Shown: positions 37,487 through 46,508, numbered from the stretch's first letter. The stretch: 64,000 nt of DNA from Eubacteriales bacterium (GCA_045636865.1 JAZTYJ010000004.1:108662-172661), one strand, 5' to 3'. Notes: a model not told the origin generated them from the letters alone. Made by a program: numbers and translations.

Positions 37487-37677
37487 ATATAAATGATATT
37501 GAAAAAATAAGGCAGGTGAGAATAATGGACGCAGGCGGTAGTAGGAGCACATATGACGGGCGAAGTTTATACGGCGCGAAGCGTCTGTTATTTTAACTTG
37601 CGATAGATTTCTTCGCAGGTCTTTGCCCCTTTTTGTGTGCCTTTGCTTCCTAAAAACAATAAAGGAGGAAAGGAATT

Positions 37678-39027
37678 ATGGGAGAGACAACTGCTGCATT
37701 TGAAAAATCAATACTCACTCTTCTCGAGGAGAGAAAGTTCTCTACCTTGAGAGATGTTCTCAACACGATTGCTCCGGCGGATATTGCAATCATTCTTGAT
37801 GAGATTCCGAGAGACCGTATGCCACTTGTTTTCAGGCTTCTTTCAAAGGAGCTTGCCGCAGAAACCTTTGTTGAGATGGACACGGACCTCCAGGAGATGC
37901 TCATAAAGGGCTTTTCCGACAGCGAGCTTAAAGAGGTTGTTGACGAGCTTTATGTTGACGATGCCGTTGACATTGTCGAAGAGATGCCGGCGAACGTCGT
38001 TCGTCGAATTCTTCGTCAGGCAGATCCGGATATGAGAAAGATGATTAATGAAATCCTCAAGTATCCCGACGATTCTGCAGGAAGCATCATGACGACGGAG
38101 TACGTCAACTTCAGACCTGACCTCACGGTTTCTGAAGCTATAAAAAACCTCAGACGCTCGGGTGTTGACAAAGAAACAATTTATACATGTTACGTTACCG
38201 AAAAAGACAGAAAGCTTATCGGTATTGTTACTGTGCGTCGCATTCTTATGGCGGATGACGATGCCGAGATACGCGACATCATGGAAGAAAATGTCATCAG
38301 CGTAAACACTATGGACGACAGGGAAGACGTTGCAAATCAGTTTGCAAAGTACGGTCTGCTTGCTCTTCCGGTCGTTGACCGCGAAGACCGTCTTGTAGGT
38401 ATCGTTACAATCGACGATGCTATCGAAGTTATCCGTGAAGAGGCGACGGAGGATATCGAGAAGATGGCTGCTATCACGCCGTCGGATAAGCCGTATCTCA
38501 AAACAAGTGCATTTGAGCTGTGGCTTGCAAGAATTCCGTGGCTTTTGCTTCTTATGCTTTCGTCGACGTTTACGGAGCATATCATAACTCACTTTGAGTC
38601 GGCTCTTCTCACAACGGGGATTTTAGCCGCATACATCCCGATGCTTATGGGTACGGGCGGTAACTCCGGCAGTCAGTCATCTGTTGCGCTTATCAGAAGC
38701 CTCTCGCTTGATGAAGTTGAGTTTTCTGATATTTTCAGAGTGCAATGGAAGGAAATTCGCGTTGCACTTCTCTGTGGTATAACGCTTGCGGCGGCGAATT
38801 TCCTAAAGCTTATGTTCCTTGACGCGGTGGGACTTCCGATTGCGCTTGTTGTATCAATCGCGCTTGCACTTACTGTCTTGTGTGCAAAGTTTGTAGGTTG
38901 TTCACTTCCGATTTTGTCAAAGAAATTCGGGCTTGACCCTGCAGTTATGGCGAGCCCGTTTATCACGACAATTGTTGACTCTTTATCTCTTCTTATTTAT
39001 TTCTACATTGCATCATTGGTACTTTAA
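37678..39027 (+). CDS. mgtE: magnesium transporter MgtE
   Basis: N-domain, tandem CBS and a 5-TM C-terminus (GTGGNSGSQS). Confidence 0.95.
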   Translation: MGETTAAFEKSILTLLEERKFSTLRDVLNTIAPADIAIILDEIPRDRMPLVFRLLSKELAAETFVEMDTDLQEMLIKGFSDSELKEVVDELYVDDAVDIVEEMPANVVRRILRQADPDMRKMINEILKYPDDSAGSIMTTEYVNFRPDLTVSEAIKNLRRSGVDKETIYTCYVTEKDRKLIGIVTVRRILMADDDAEIRDIMEENVISVNTMDDREDVANQFAKYGLLALPVVDREDRLVGIVTIDDAIEVIREEATEDIEKMAAITPSDKPYLKTSAFELWLARIPWLLLLMLSSTFTEHIITHFESALLTTGILAAYIPMLMGTGGNSGSQSSVALIRSLSLDEVEFSDIFRVQWKEIRVALLCGITLAAANFLKLMFLDAVGLPIALVVSIALALTVLCAKFVGCSLPILSKKFGLDPAVMASPFITTIVDSLSLLIYFYIASLVL

Positions 39028-39028
39028 A

Positions 39029-39066
39029 AAGAGGACAGGAAAAAATATCCTGTCTTCTTGTTTTTT
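39029..39066 (+). terminator. intrinsic terminator after mgtE
   Basis: aagaggacagg-loop-cctgtcttctt followed by GTTTTTT. Confidence 0.8.
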
Positions 39067-39116
39067 CAAAAGAATCATGCTATAATCTTATTCGATTAAA
39101 AATTTGGAGGTTTGTT

Positions 39117-40436
39117 ATGATTCCTGCACTTATTATTTTTATCATTATGTATGTGCTTATGCTTACACTGCAGCAAATCAGACCGTACATAGCACTTGGT
39201 GGAGCGGTTGTGTTTATTGCTCTTGGATTGTTCGGTGTCTATGATTTCTCGTTCCTTCAGGCGCTCGGAGCGGTAGACTACAATGTTCTTCTCATGATAG
39301 CGGGAACAATGGGAATCGTAACACTCTTTATCGACAGTAAAATGCCGGCGCGCCTTTCGGAAATCCTTATAACAAAGGTGCCGAATGCGATGTGGGCAAT
39401 TGCAATACTTTCGCTTTTTGCGGGTATAATTTCTGCATTTGTTGATAACGTTGCAACAGTTCTTATGGTTGCACCCGTTGGTCTTGCTATTGCAAAAAAG
39501 CTCAATTTCTCACCTGTTCCGATGATAATTTCAATTGCTGTTTCATCAAACCTTCAAGGTGCGGCAACGCTCGTTGGTGATACGACAAGTATTCTCCTCG
39601 GTGGCTTTGCAGATATGAACTTCCTTGAGTTTTTCTGGATGGAAGGAAAACCGGGTATATTCTGGGGTGTAGAGCTTGGCGCAATAGTTTCGCTTTTTGT
39701 TCTTCTCTTTATTTTCCGCAAGGAAAAGCAGAAAATTTCAGCAGTTGTCGAAACTGAAGTTACGGATTATTTCCCGTCAGTTCTCATGATTGCTACTGTT
39801 GTGTTCCTTATTATTGCTTCGTTTATACCCGAGCCGCAGAATCCGGTTCTTAAAACGATTTATGATCTTCGTAGCGGACTTATCTGCGTAGCACTTTGCG
39901 TAATCGGGGTCATTCGCCACTGCATAAAGTCAAAGTCAGGCAGGATGGTTGGTCAGGTTTTGCGAGATCTCGATCGCGATACGCTTCTGCTTCTTTTTGG
40001 ATTATTCATCGTTATCGAAGGAATCAAGAGTGCCGGCGTAATTGATGCAATAGCAGATCTCTTCTATCTTGTTGCGGGCGATAATTCATTTATGCTTTAT
40101 ACGTTGATAGTCTTTGCATCCGTCATTCTCTCGGCATTTATTGACAATATTCCGTATGTTGCAACGATGCTTCCGGTTGTTCAGAGTATTGCACTTTTGA
40201 TGAATAACGGCGCAGGAGTTGACCCCAACGTATTCTACTTTGGTCTCCTTACCGGCGCTACACTCGGAGGAAACCTCACTCCGATCGGCGCATCCGCTAA
40301 CATAACTGCTATCGGAATTTTGCGCAAAAACGGAGAGACAGTAAAATCAAGCGACTTCTTCAAAATCGGTATCCCGTTTACACTTGCGGCAGTACTTGCA
40401 GGATATGTATATATCTGGCTTGTCTGGGGTGTTTAA
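39117..40436 (+). CDS. ArsB/NhaD-type (ion transporter superfamily) permease
   Basis: 439 aa with about 11-12 TM segments. The family call is by overall resemblance only. Confidence 0.5.
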   Translation: MIPALIIFIIMYVLMLTLQQIRPYIALGGAVVFIALGLFGVYDFSFLQALGAVDYNVLLMIAGTMGIVTLFIDSKMPARLSEILITKVPNAMWAIAILSLFAGIISAFVDNVATVLMVAPVGLAIAKKLNFSPVPMIISIAVSSNLQGAATLVGDTTSILLGGFADMNFLEFFWMEGKPGIFWGVELGAIVSLFVLLFIFRKEKQKISAVVETEVTDYFPSVLMIATVVFLIIASFIPEPQNPVLKTIYDLRSGLICVALCVIGVIRHCIKSKSGRMVGQVLRDLDRDTLLLLFGLFIVIEGIKSAGVIDAIADLFYLVAGDNSFMLYTLIVFASVILSAFIDNIPYVATMLPVVQSIALLMNNGAGVDPNVFYFGLLTGATLGGNLTPIGASANITAIGILRKNGETVKSSDFFKIGIPFTLAAVLAGYVYIWLVWGV

Positions 40437-40447
40437 GAAAAAATAAA

Positions 40448-40482
40448 ATCTCCTGATGCAAAATTGCATCAGGAGATTTTTT
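40448..40482. terminator. bidirectional intrinsic terminator
   Basis: atctcctgatgca-aaat-tgcatcaggagat, a 13-bp stem, followed by TTTTTT. Confidence 0.85.
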
Positions 40483-40484
40483 GT

Positions 40485-41057
40485 TTAAAGAATAACAGGC
40501 TGAATCTGGGATTTTGCGAGAGCAAACTTTAGTGTGTCGCCGATTTTTGTCATATCGGAAACGAGAGAAGTAGGCTTTCCTACCGCATCATCCTGACCGT
40601 AAGGAACGAGAAATACGTTTTTGGTAGATGATAAAACTCCGATGTTTTTCATATTCATCGCAAGTCCGTCGTTTGTAGAAACAGCAATAACAAGAGGGCG
40701 TCCGTTTCGAAGGTGCGCCTTTGCCGCCATTGTAACGGATGTGTCGCATATTCCGCATGCAAGCTTTGCAATGGTATTTCCGGTGCACGGCGCGATTACA
40801 AGTGCATCAAGGAGCTTTTTCGGTCCGATTGGCTCGGCGTCGTGTATGGTGTGAATTATCTTCTTACCGCAGATTTCTTCTATCTCTCGGATAAAGTCTT
40901 CTGCCTTTCCGAAGCGGGTGTCTGTGCTGTATGCAAACTCTGACATTATGGGAAGTATGTCATATCCGCTTTCCTTAAGTTTTCTTATTTCGGGAACGAC
41001 TTTTGAAAATGTGCAGAACGAGCCGCACATACAGAAGCCGACCGCAAAGCTTCCCAT
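40485..41057 (-). CDS. dpaB: dipicolinate synthase subunit B
   Basis: Flavoprotein family (GSFCTF...APCTGNTIAKLA), immediately downstream of dpaA. Confidence 0.85.
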   Translation of the reverse strand: MGSFAVGFCMCGSFCTFSKVVPEIRKLKESGYDILPIMSEFAYSTDTRFGKAEDFIREIEEICGKKIIHTIHDAEPIGPKKLLDALVIAPCTGNTIAKLACGICDTSVTMAAKAHLRNGRPLVIAVSTNDGLAMNMKNIGVLSSTKNVFLVPYGQDDAVGKPTSLVSDMTKIGDTLKFALAKSQIQPVIL

Positions 41058-41060
41058 TGA

Positions 41061-41936
41061 TTATTTCCCCCATTCGTTGAGAATATTGTAAACAGTGCTG
41101 CGCAGGCTCTTTGCCGCAGTCAGAGGAGCAACCTTGCCGGGAAGCGAGAGTGCATGGCAGGTGCGGAGTGAGAGCGTGGATGCCGCATCAAAATCGACGC
41201 CGCCCGGAAGTGCGGCAAGGTCGCAGATGAGTGCATCGGAACGGACATTGGAAAGCGCATCCCTGTCGAGGATAAGGGACGGGATTGTGTTGAATATTAT
41301 ATCAAATCCGGAAAGTGATGTATTTATCTCCGAGGTCAGTATGGGTTTGTAACCGTAAGCAGAAATCCACGCGATATCGCCCGATTTTCTGGCAGAAACG
41401 GTAACGTCCGCACCGAGTCCTTTGAGATATGCCGAAAGAAGCTTTCCAATATGTCCGTAACCGAGGATAAGACAACGTGATGAGTTGAGAGTGGTCTTTT
41501 GAAGCTCCATAGCACACGCGATTGCGCCCTCGGCAGTCGGAACAGAATTCATAACGGTGAAATCCTCTCTCTCAAGACAGTCAAAAAGCCGTATTCCGCA
41601 TCTTCCTGCCATTTCAAAAAGCGAGTTGTCAAGCTTGCCGCCGATAACCGTCTGGCCTATGGGGAAGAGCGAGAACATATCCTCTATTTTTATTTTGATG
41701 TCTGAAAGCGGGGCGTTGAGAAAGCCCTTGCCCGACTTTGCGGGAAGCGGCAGAACAACACAGTCAACATTTTTTGAAAGATCCGAGATGTCGGTTATCG
41801 GGATTATGTTCTCACCGACATCCGCTTTTTCAAGTGCATATGCAAAAACGCGATGTCCGTCTGCGGAAAGAAGTCCGGCGAGTGTTGCCTGGCGCATGTC
41901 TCCGCCGACAATTGCAAAATCGAGTTTTTTCTTCAT
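41061..41936 (-). CDS. dpaA: dipicolinate synthase subunit A
   Basis: D-isomer 2-hydroxyacid dehydrogenase-like Rossmann (ILGYGHIGK), paired with dpaB. Confidence 0.85.
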   Translation of the reverse strand: MKKKLDFAIVGGDMRQATLAGLLSADGHRVFAYALEKADVGENIIPITDISDLSKNVDCVVLPLPAKSGKGFLNAPLSDIKIKIEDMFSLFPIGQTVIGGKLDNSLFEMAGRCGIRLFDCLEREDFTVMNSVPTAEGAIACAMELQKTTLNSSRCLILGYGHIGKLLSAYLKGLGADVTVSARKSGDIAWISAYGYKPILTSEINTSLSGFDIIFNTIPSLILDRDALSNVRSDALICDLAALPGGVDFDAASTLSLRTCHALSLPGKVAPLTAAKSLRSTVYNILNEWGK

Positions 41937-42020
41937 AATATAAAAGTCATCCTTTCCTGCGCAGGTCTGTCTGGAATTTTAACTCCGTTACAGTATATTA
42001 TGGAAAGGATGAAAATGTGA

Positions 42021-42052
42021 AAACAGCACCGCCGTACGGCGATGCTGTTTTT
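42021..42052 (-). terminator. intrinsic terminator after uppP
   Basis: The hairpin acagcatcgcc-gtac-ggcggtgctgt pairs fully (one G-U) only in the minus-strand RNA. It is followed by UUUU. Confidence 0.7.
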
Positions 42053-42059
42053 GTATGTA

Positions 42060-42866
42060 TTAAAAAATGAGGAAATATGAAATAACCAAAAGTCCGAGAA
42101 CGATTCGGTACCAGCCGAATACCTTGAAGTCGTGGCGTCTTACGTAGTTTACAAGGAACTTTACGGAGATAAGCGAAACTACATATGCAACAACCATTGC
42201 GAGGATGAGCAAAAACCACTCGCTTGTCGCAAGGATATAGTCGTTTGTAACAATTTTGAGGAAGCTTACGCCAAACATAACCGGAATTGCGAGAAAGAAT
42301 GAAAACTCGGCACTTGCGGCTCTTGAGCATCCGAGAATCATTGCTCCGAGAATTGTTGCGCCTGAACGGGATGTTCCCGGGATTATCGAAAGAACCTGAA
42401 AAAGACCGATAAAGAGTGCTGTCTTATAGGTCATCTCACTCACGGAGGATATCTGCTCACTCTTGCGGAGCTTCTCTGCAAAGAGAAAACCTATGCCGTA
42501 AATGATGAGCATTAGGCTTACGACGAGTGGTGTTGAGATTTTGTCCATCGCGTCGTTGAAGAGAAGTCCGAGTACGGCGGCAGGGATGCAGGCAACAATA
42601 ACCTTAAGCCACATCTGCCAGGTATCCTTTTTTTCTTCAATTGTTTTTGACGGTGAAAAGGGATTCAGCTTTTTAAAATAAAGCGTTGCGATAGCTAAAA
42701 TCGCACCAAGCTGAATTACATAGAGAAAAATCTGTGAGTTGAAGAAATGCGTATCGTCAATGCCGAGAAATTCGTTTAGAAGAATCATATGCCCTGTACT
42801 GCTTATCGGCAACCACTCCGTGATACCCTCGACGATACCGAGCAAAATTGCTCTTATAATATCCAT
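42060..42866 (-). CDS. uppP: undecaprenyl-diphosphate phosphatase
   Basis: The N-terminus GIVEGITEWLPISSTGHMIL is diagnostic for BacA/UppP. Confidence 0.9.
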   Translation of the reverse strand: MDIIRAILLGIVEGITEWLPISSTGHMILLNEFLGIDDTHFFNSQIFLYVIQLGAILAIATLYFKKLNPFSPSKTIEEKKDTWQMWLKVIVACIPAAVLGLLFNDAMDKISTPLVVSLMLIIYGIGFLFAEKLRKSEQISSVSEMTYKTALFIGLFQVLSIIPGTSRSGATILGAMILGCSRAASAEFSFFLAIPVMFGVSFLKIVTNDYILATSEWFLLILAMVVAYVVSLISVKFLVNYVRRHDFKVFGWYRIVLGLLVISYFLIF

Positions 42867-42871
42867 AATTA

Positions 42872-43423
42872 TCAGCTCCTGTTATTTTTTGTGATGCTTT
42901 TATCGATTTTTGAAAACGCCTTTAAAACAAACCATAGAATAACAATTTCAAAGGGGAGGAGAATGATGTTTTTATAAAAATGTTCTGCCATAATCACAGC
43001 ATATCCCTTTGATGAGTAAAGGCTTGCAAGCCAGTAGGCGTTTAAGAATACGTTTATAAAGATATTTATGATGGTGCGTGATGCAATTATTCTCCATATC
43101 CGGATTTCTTTTTTGTAGAAAAAGAGCGCGAACACTATGCAGGTCAGCATTTTTGAAATCGCAAAGCCCGGATGATACGCGCCCATAGGCTTTATCAGGT
43201 ATCCTATGATGTCACAGGCAAAAGCGGCAAGCGATGCGGGAATGATTCCGAAACGGTAGCCTAAAATGCCGAGTGCAAGAAACGCAACGGAAAATTTCTG
43301 CGTTGAGATAGTGAAAACCGAAACTGAATCGAGCGCAACATAGAGCGCGATAAGTGCGGCGCACATAACGAGTGAATGAGTCGATTTGAGTTCTTTTGCA
43401 GAGTCCTTGAGATGAATGTGCAT
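42872..43423 (-). CDS. folT: folate-family ECF transporter S component
   Basis: ATG at 43423 with RBS AAGGGGGA. It is a 6-TM S-component-like protein preceded by a THF riboswitch. Confidence 0.7.
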   Translation of the reverse strand: MHIHLKDSAKELKSTHSLVMCAALIALYVALDSVSVFTISTQKFSVAFLALGILGYRFGIIPASLAAFACDIIGYLIKPMGAYHPGFAISKMLTCIVFALFFYKKEIRIWRIIASRTIINIFINVFLNAYWLASLYSSKGYAVIMAEHFYKNIILLPFEIVILWFVLKAFSKIDKSITKNNRS

Positions 43424-43483
43424 AAATATATCCCCCTTGTGGAAATTTGTTACCACAAAGAGGACAGTTTGCCGATATCTCGA

Positions 43484-43590
43484 AGCAGCGGGATGCGAAA
43501 ACATCACGGTAACGCAAGGTATTTGCGTAATTCGTCCGCACGACAACTCCCCGTCCGCACGGCACTTGCCCGATGTTTTCTACTCTGCCT
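43484..43590 (-). promoter_or_regulatory. THF (tetrahydrofolate) riboswitch aptamer, class I
   Basis: The minus-strand RNA is GGCAGAGUAGAAAACAUCGGG...ACGAA...GUGAUGUUUUCGCAUCCCGCUGCU. It parallels the Eubacterium siraeum THF riboswitch (GGAGAGUAGAUGAUUCGCG...ACGAAGCG...GUGAAUCAUUGCAUCCGCUCC). A downstream hairpin pairs UCCUCUUUGUGG with the RBS CCACAAGGGGGA. Confidence 0.85.
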
Positions 43591-43604
43591 TTTTGTGATA
43601 TAGA

Positions 43605-43633
43605 AAGTATATCACATATAAAAAAATAAGGCA
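43605..43633 (-). promoter_or_regulatory. promoter for the THF-folT unit, TTGCCT-17 nt-TATACT
   Basis: The -35 lies in the 3' arm of the mscL terminator (43628-43633). The -10 is at 43605-43610. Confidence 0.5.
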
Positions 43634-43658
43634 ACAAAAAGTTTCCTTTTTGTTGCCT
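43618..43658 (-). terminator. intrinsic terminator after mscL
   Basis: 13-bp stem aaggcaacaaaaa/tttttgttgcctt followed on the minus strand by AUUUUUUU. Confidence 0.8.
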
Positions 43659-43671
43659 TGAGAGGTTTGAG

Positions 43672-44100
43672 TTATTTGCCTTCTTTGAGGAGATCGCGGA
43701 TTTCGGCAAGAAGCTTTTCTTCTGCGCTCGGCTCGGGATCTGCGACCGGTGCCGGCTCCTCTTCTTTTTTGCGGTGGAGCTTGTTGATAACTTTAACAAC
43801 AACGAAGAGACAGAATGCGATGATGAAGAAGCTGATTATGCTGTTGATGAAGTTGCCGTATGTGATGGCGTTTACGATAACTTCGCCGTCGTCTGCAACT
43901 GTTTCGGAAAGCTTGAGAGCATAGCTTGAAAAATCGATGCCGCCGATGATCCAGCCGATAAACGGCATTATAACGTCTTTTACAAGAGAATCAATGATAC
44001 CCTTGAATGCACCGCCTACGACAACACCTATTGCCATATCAATGACATTTCCACGTGAAATAAACTCTTTGAATTCTTCGATAAATTTAACTTTTTTCAT
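43672..44100 (-). CDS. mscL: large-conductance mechanosensitive channel
   Basis: FKEFISRGNVIDMAIGVVVGGAF is the canonical MscL N-terminus. Confidence 0.95.
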   Translation of the reverse strand: MKKVKFIEEFKEFISRGNVIDMAIGVVVGGAFKGIIDSLVKDVIMPFIGWIIGGIDFSSYALKLSETVADDGEVIVNAITYGNFINSIISFFIIAFCLFVVVKVINKLHRKKEEEPAPVADPEPSAEEKLLAEIRDLLKEGK

Positions 44101-44118
44101 TTCTTTATCCCCTTATTT

Positions 44119-45036
44119 TTATTTGTCTGTAATAGTTTCTTTTAAAGAGCCTGCAAGCCCTGCAAGTCCCTGAATGTCTGACGGAATAATGAGCTTTGTT
44201 GCATTGCCGTCCGCAACTGCCTGGAAAGCCTCTAAAGCCTTGAGTTTGATTACGGAATCGCTCGGGTTTGCTTCATTAATGAGTGCGATTGCGCGTGCAA
44301 CAGCTTCCTGAGTTTTGAGGATCGCTGCTGCCTGACCCTCTGCTTCGAGAATCTGTTTTTCCTTTTCGCCTTCGGCATCAAGGATTTTTGACTGCTTCTC
44401 AGCGTCTGCACGGAGAATGCGCGCCTGCTTTTCACCCTCAGCCTCAAGAATCTGAGACTGCTTAACGCCTTCTGCCTTGAGGATTGCCTGGCGACGTTCA
44501 CGTTCTGCCTTCATCTGCTTTTCCATAGCATCCTGAATTTCGCGCGGCGGAATGATGTTTTTAAGCTCAACTCGGTTTACTTTGATTCCCCACGGATCGG
44601 TTGCCTCGTCGAGAATTGTGCGCATTTTTGTGTTGATGATGTCGCGCGATGTGAGAGTCTGGTCAAGTTCAAGATCACCGATTATGTTACGGAGAGTGGT
44701 TGCGGTGAGGTTTTCAATAGCTGAAATCGGATGTTCGACACCGTAGGTGTAGAGCTTCGGATCTGTTATCTGGAAGTAAACAACGGTGTCAATCTGCATT
44801 GTGACGTTATCTTTTGTGATAACCGGCTGCGGAGGGAAGTCGACAACAAGCTCCTTGAGTGATACGGGAGGTCTTGCACGCTCAATGAACGGGATCTTGA
44901 GATGAAGACCAACGCCCCAGGTTGCACGGTATGCACCGAGACGCTCAACGACTCTTGCGGATGCCTGATGCACGATAACGATGTTTGAAATGATTAGGAT
45001 AAGTGCTAAAACTACAAGAATGAAAATAATAGTCAT
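44119..45036 (-). CDS. SPFH/band-7 (stomatin-like) protein
   Basis: N-terminal TM, an SPFH core and a C-terminal coiled coil rich in E/K/A repeats. Confidence 0.9.
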   Translation of the reverse strand: MTIIFILVVLALILIISNIVIVHQASARVVERLGAYRATWGVGLHLKIPFIERARPPVSLKELVVDFPPQPVITKDNVTMQIDTVVYFQITDPKLYTYGVEHPISAIENLTATTLRNIIGDLELDQTLTSRDIINTKMRTILDEATDPWGIKVNRVELKNIIPPREIQDAMEKQMKAERERRQAILKAEGVKQSQILEAEGEKQARILRADAEKQSKILDAEGEKEKQILEAEGQAAAILKTQEAVARAIALINEANPSDSVIKLKALEAFQAVADGNATKLIIPSDIQGLAGLAGSLKETITDK

Positions 45037-45061
45037 ATGCGTTTTCCTTTCTTTTTAATTT

Positions 45062-45496
45062 TTATTGTGAAAGCTCAACGATGAGCTTGACACCCTGAAT
45101 GGAAAGAATTCTGACTGTAGAACCGGATGGGATGACTTCGCCGTTTTTGCTCCTTGCGCTCCAGACTTTTCCCTGAATCTTAACTTCACCTGCTTCTTTT
45201 AAGTTGTCAATCTCCGTAATAACAACGCCGATATCACCGATGAGCATATCGGTATTTGTGGGAGTTGTCGTGAGAAGTTTTGATGAAACTGCCCGACGAA
45301 GGAGAAGGAGAGAAAGAGCGCTCGTTATGAGAAAAACGGTTATCTGAAGCCAGAGAGCCGCGTGGAGAGCAGAGGCTATAAGTGCGCAAAGCGCGCCGAT
45401 GGCAAACCATATTGAAACGATGCCTGCAGTTGCCGCCTCCACAACACCGAAAAGGATCAGCGCGGCAAGCCAGAAGTAAGTGTTCATAATATTCAC
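45062..45496 (-). CDS. NfeD family membrane protein
   Basis: Three TM segments plus a C-terminal OB-fold (GEVKIQGKVWSARS), upstream partner of the SPFH gene. Confidence 0.8.
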   Translation of the reverse strand: MNIMNTYFWLAALILFGVVEAATAGIVSIWFAIGALCALIASALHAALWLQITVFLITSALSLLLLRRAVSSKLLTTTPTNTDMLIGDIGVVITEIDNLKEAGEVKIQGKVWSARSKNGEVIPSGSTVRILSIQGVKLIVELSQ

Positions 45497-45505
45497 CTCA
45501 CAAAA

Positions 45506-46081
45506 TCAGTCGCGATATAGGATAACGTTTGAAATTATGCCGGTCTCGGTGTGAACCATAAAGTTTGAACCGTCTTCATTGTACCAACAGAAGATGTTTT
45601 TTGTGCTGTCGGGACCTTCGTTTGTATATTGGCAGGAAATTTCAAGCGGAGACGAACCCATTTCGGACGCGGCAGCCTCGAGCGACATATCGGTTTTGAT
45701 AAGGGGGATTTTTTCGTCTATATATCTGCCCGAGAAGGGAATAAGATTTGTTTTCGAGTTAAAGAAAAGAATTTTCGTAGCAACCGTATCGTTGGTGTCA
45801 AAAATGACCGAAACGCCGGAGGATTTTATCTCGTTGAAGTATGTGTAGAACTTTATGTCGCCGAAATCGTCATAAGATGGCGTCGGTTCGCCGTAAAGCG
45901 AATCAAGCTCTTCTTTTGTCATTCCCTGGGAAACGTTGCCATAAAGCTCATAAAGCTCATCTATGCTCTGAGGAGCAGGGAGGTTTTCATCGGGGATATC
46001 TTCAACTTTTTCCACTTCTGTGGAGAAGCAGGAAGAAAGAAGAAGTATAATAATCAGCATAAGTGGGATCAATTTTTTCAT
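45506..46081 (-). CDS. putative lipoprotein, unknown function
   Basis: Signal peptide with a lipobox-like LLSSC. No recognisable domain. Confidence 0.55.
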   Translation of the reverse strand: MKKLIPLMLIIILLLSSCFSTEVEKVEDIPDENLPAPQSIDELYELYGNVSQGMTKEELDSLYGEPTPSYDDFGDIKFYTYFNEIKSSGVSVIFDTNDTVATKILFFNSKTNLIPFSGRYIDEKIPLIKTDMSLEAAASEMGSSPLEISCQYTNEGPDSTKNIFCWYNEDGSNFMVHTETGIISNVILYRD

Positions 46082-46175
46082 TTTAAAAGCTCCTTTTGAA
46101 AATTATTTTACCACAAATTTCCGTAAAAAAACAGAGTTTTTTGGATATAATATTATAGAAAGGTAAGTGGTTTTA

Positions 46176-46346
46176 ATGATGAATCCATTTTGGAGGGGAA
46201 TGGCGGCAGGATTGATAGTAGGCGGCACGATTGTGTATTCGATAACACCGAAAAAGGGAAAGACGTGCAAATGCGTAAAAAGCAGCACGGGGAAGATTCT
46301 CAAAGGTGCAGGAAGCGTCATCGACAGTCTGCAATCTATCCTGTGA
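46176..46346 (+). CDS. small hypothetical protein (56 aa), below the ORF-track cutoff
   Basis: MMNPFWRGMAAGLIVGGTIVYSITPKKGKTCKCVKSSTGKILKGAGSVIDSLQSIL. There is a weak AAAGGTAAG RBS and one hydrophobic segment. Speculative. Confidence 0.3.
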   Translation: MMNPFWRGMAAGLIVGGTIVYSITPKKGKTCKCVKSSTGKILKGAGSVIDSLQSIL

Positions 46347-46508
46347 GGCGGGGTGGGAGACCTCGCCTTTACATAGTGAAATACCTCTTAAAACATTATA
46401 ACATATAATGAGAGAAATGTGGAATAAAAAATTTTTCTCAAAAATCAAAAAAAAGGTTGCATTTTGTTTTCTCTTGTGGTATTATAATAAAGCTGTCAAG
46501 CGAAATGT

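Noticed and set aside
37487-37677. An M-box (ykoK) Mg2+ riboswitch is expected upstream of mgtE.
   Set aside because: Only a weak GGUGAG resemblance was found. The conserved M-box blocks I remember (GUUAGGUGAGGCU, GACGCUAAUGGG, CUAAAGCUCUACGA) are absent, and the leader is shorter. It is kept as an unexplained leader in the findings.
37843-38592. A 249-aa ORF antisense to mgtE. Similar long antisense ORFs occur at 30451-31005, 35733-36236, 43212-43802, 55246-55878, 58069-58698, 59723-60322 and 62891-63460.
   Set aside because: Each is fully embedded opposite a gene with clear family motifs. Their translations are low-complexity or Arg/Ser/Cys-rich, and none has an RBS. They are typical shadow ORFs.
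41994-42002. A sigma-K-like -10 (CATAATATA on the minus strand) upstream of dpaA.
   Set aside because: The -10 fits CATAnnnTA, but the upstream AC lies only about 14 nt away instead of 16-17. It is suggestive but not supportable as a feature without mapping.
43424-43546. An N-terminal 41-aa extension of the folT ORF, as in the ORF track.
   Set aside because: The extension overlaps the THF riboswitch aptamer and expression platform. ATG 43423 has the RBS that the platform hairpin sequesters.
46106-46119. A repeated motif TTTTACCACAAATT, also at 31277-31290, was considered as a possible regulatory repeat.
   Set aside because: On the coding (minus) strand both copies read AATTTGTGGTAAAAT. That is an extended -10 promoter (TGnTAAAAT) in front of unrelated genes, so it is a promoter signature and not a shared operator.
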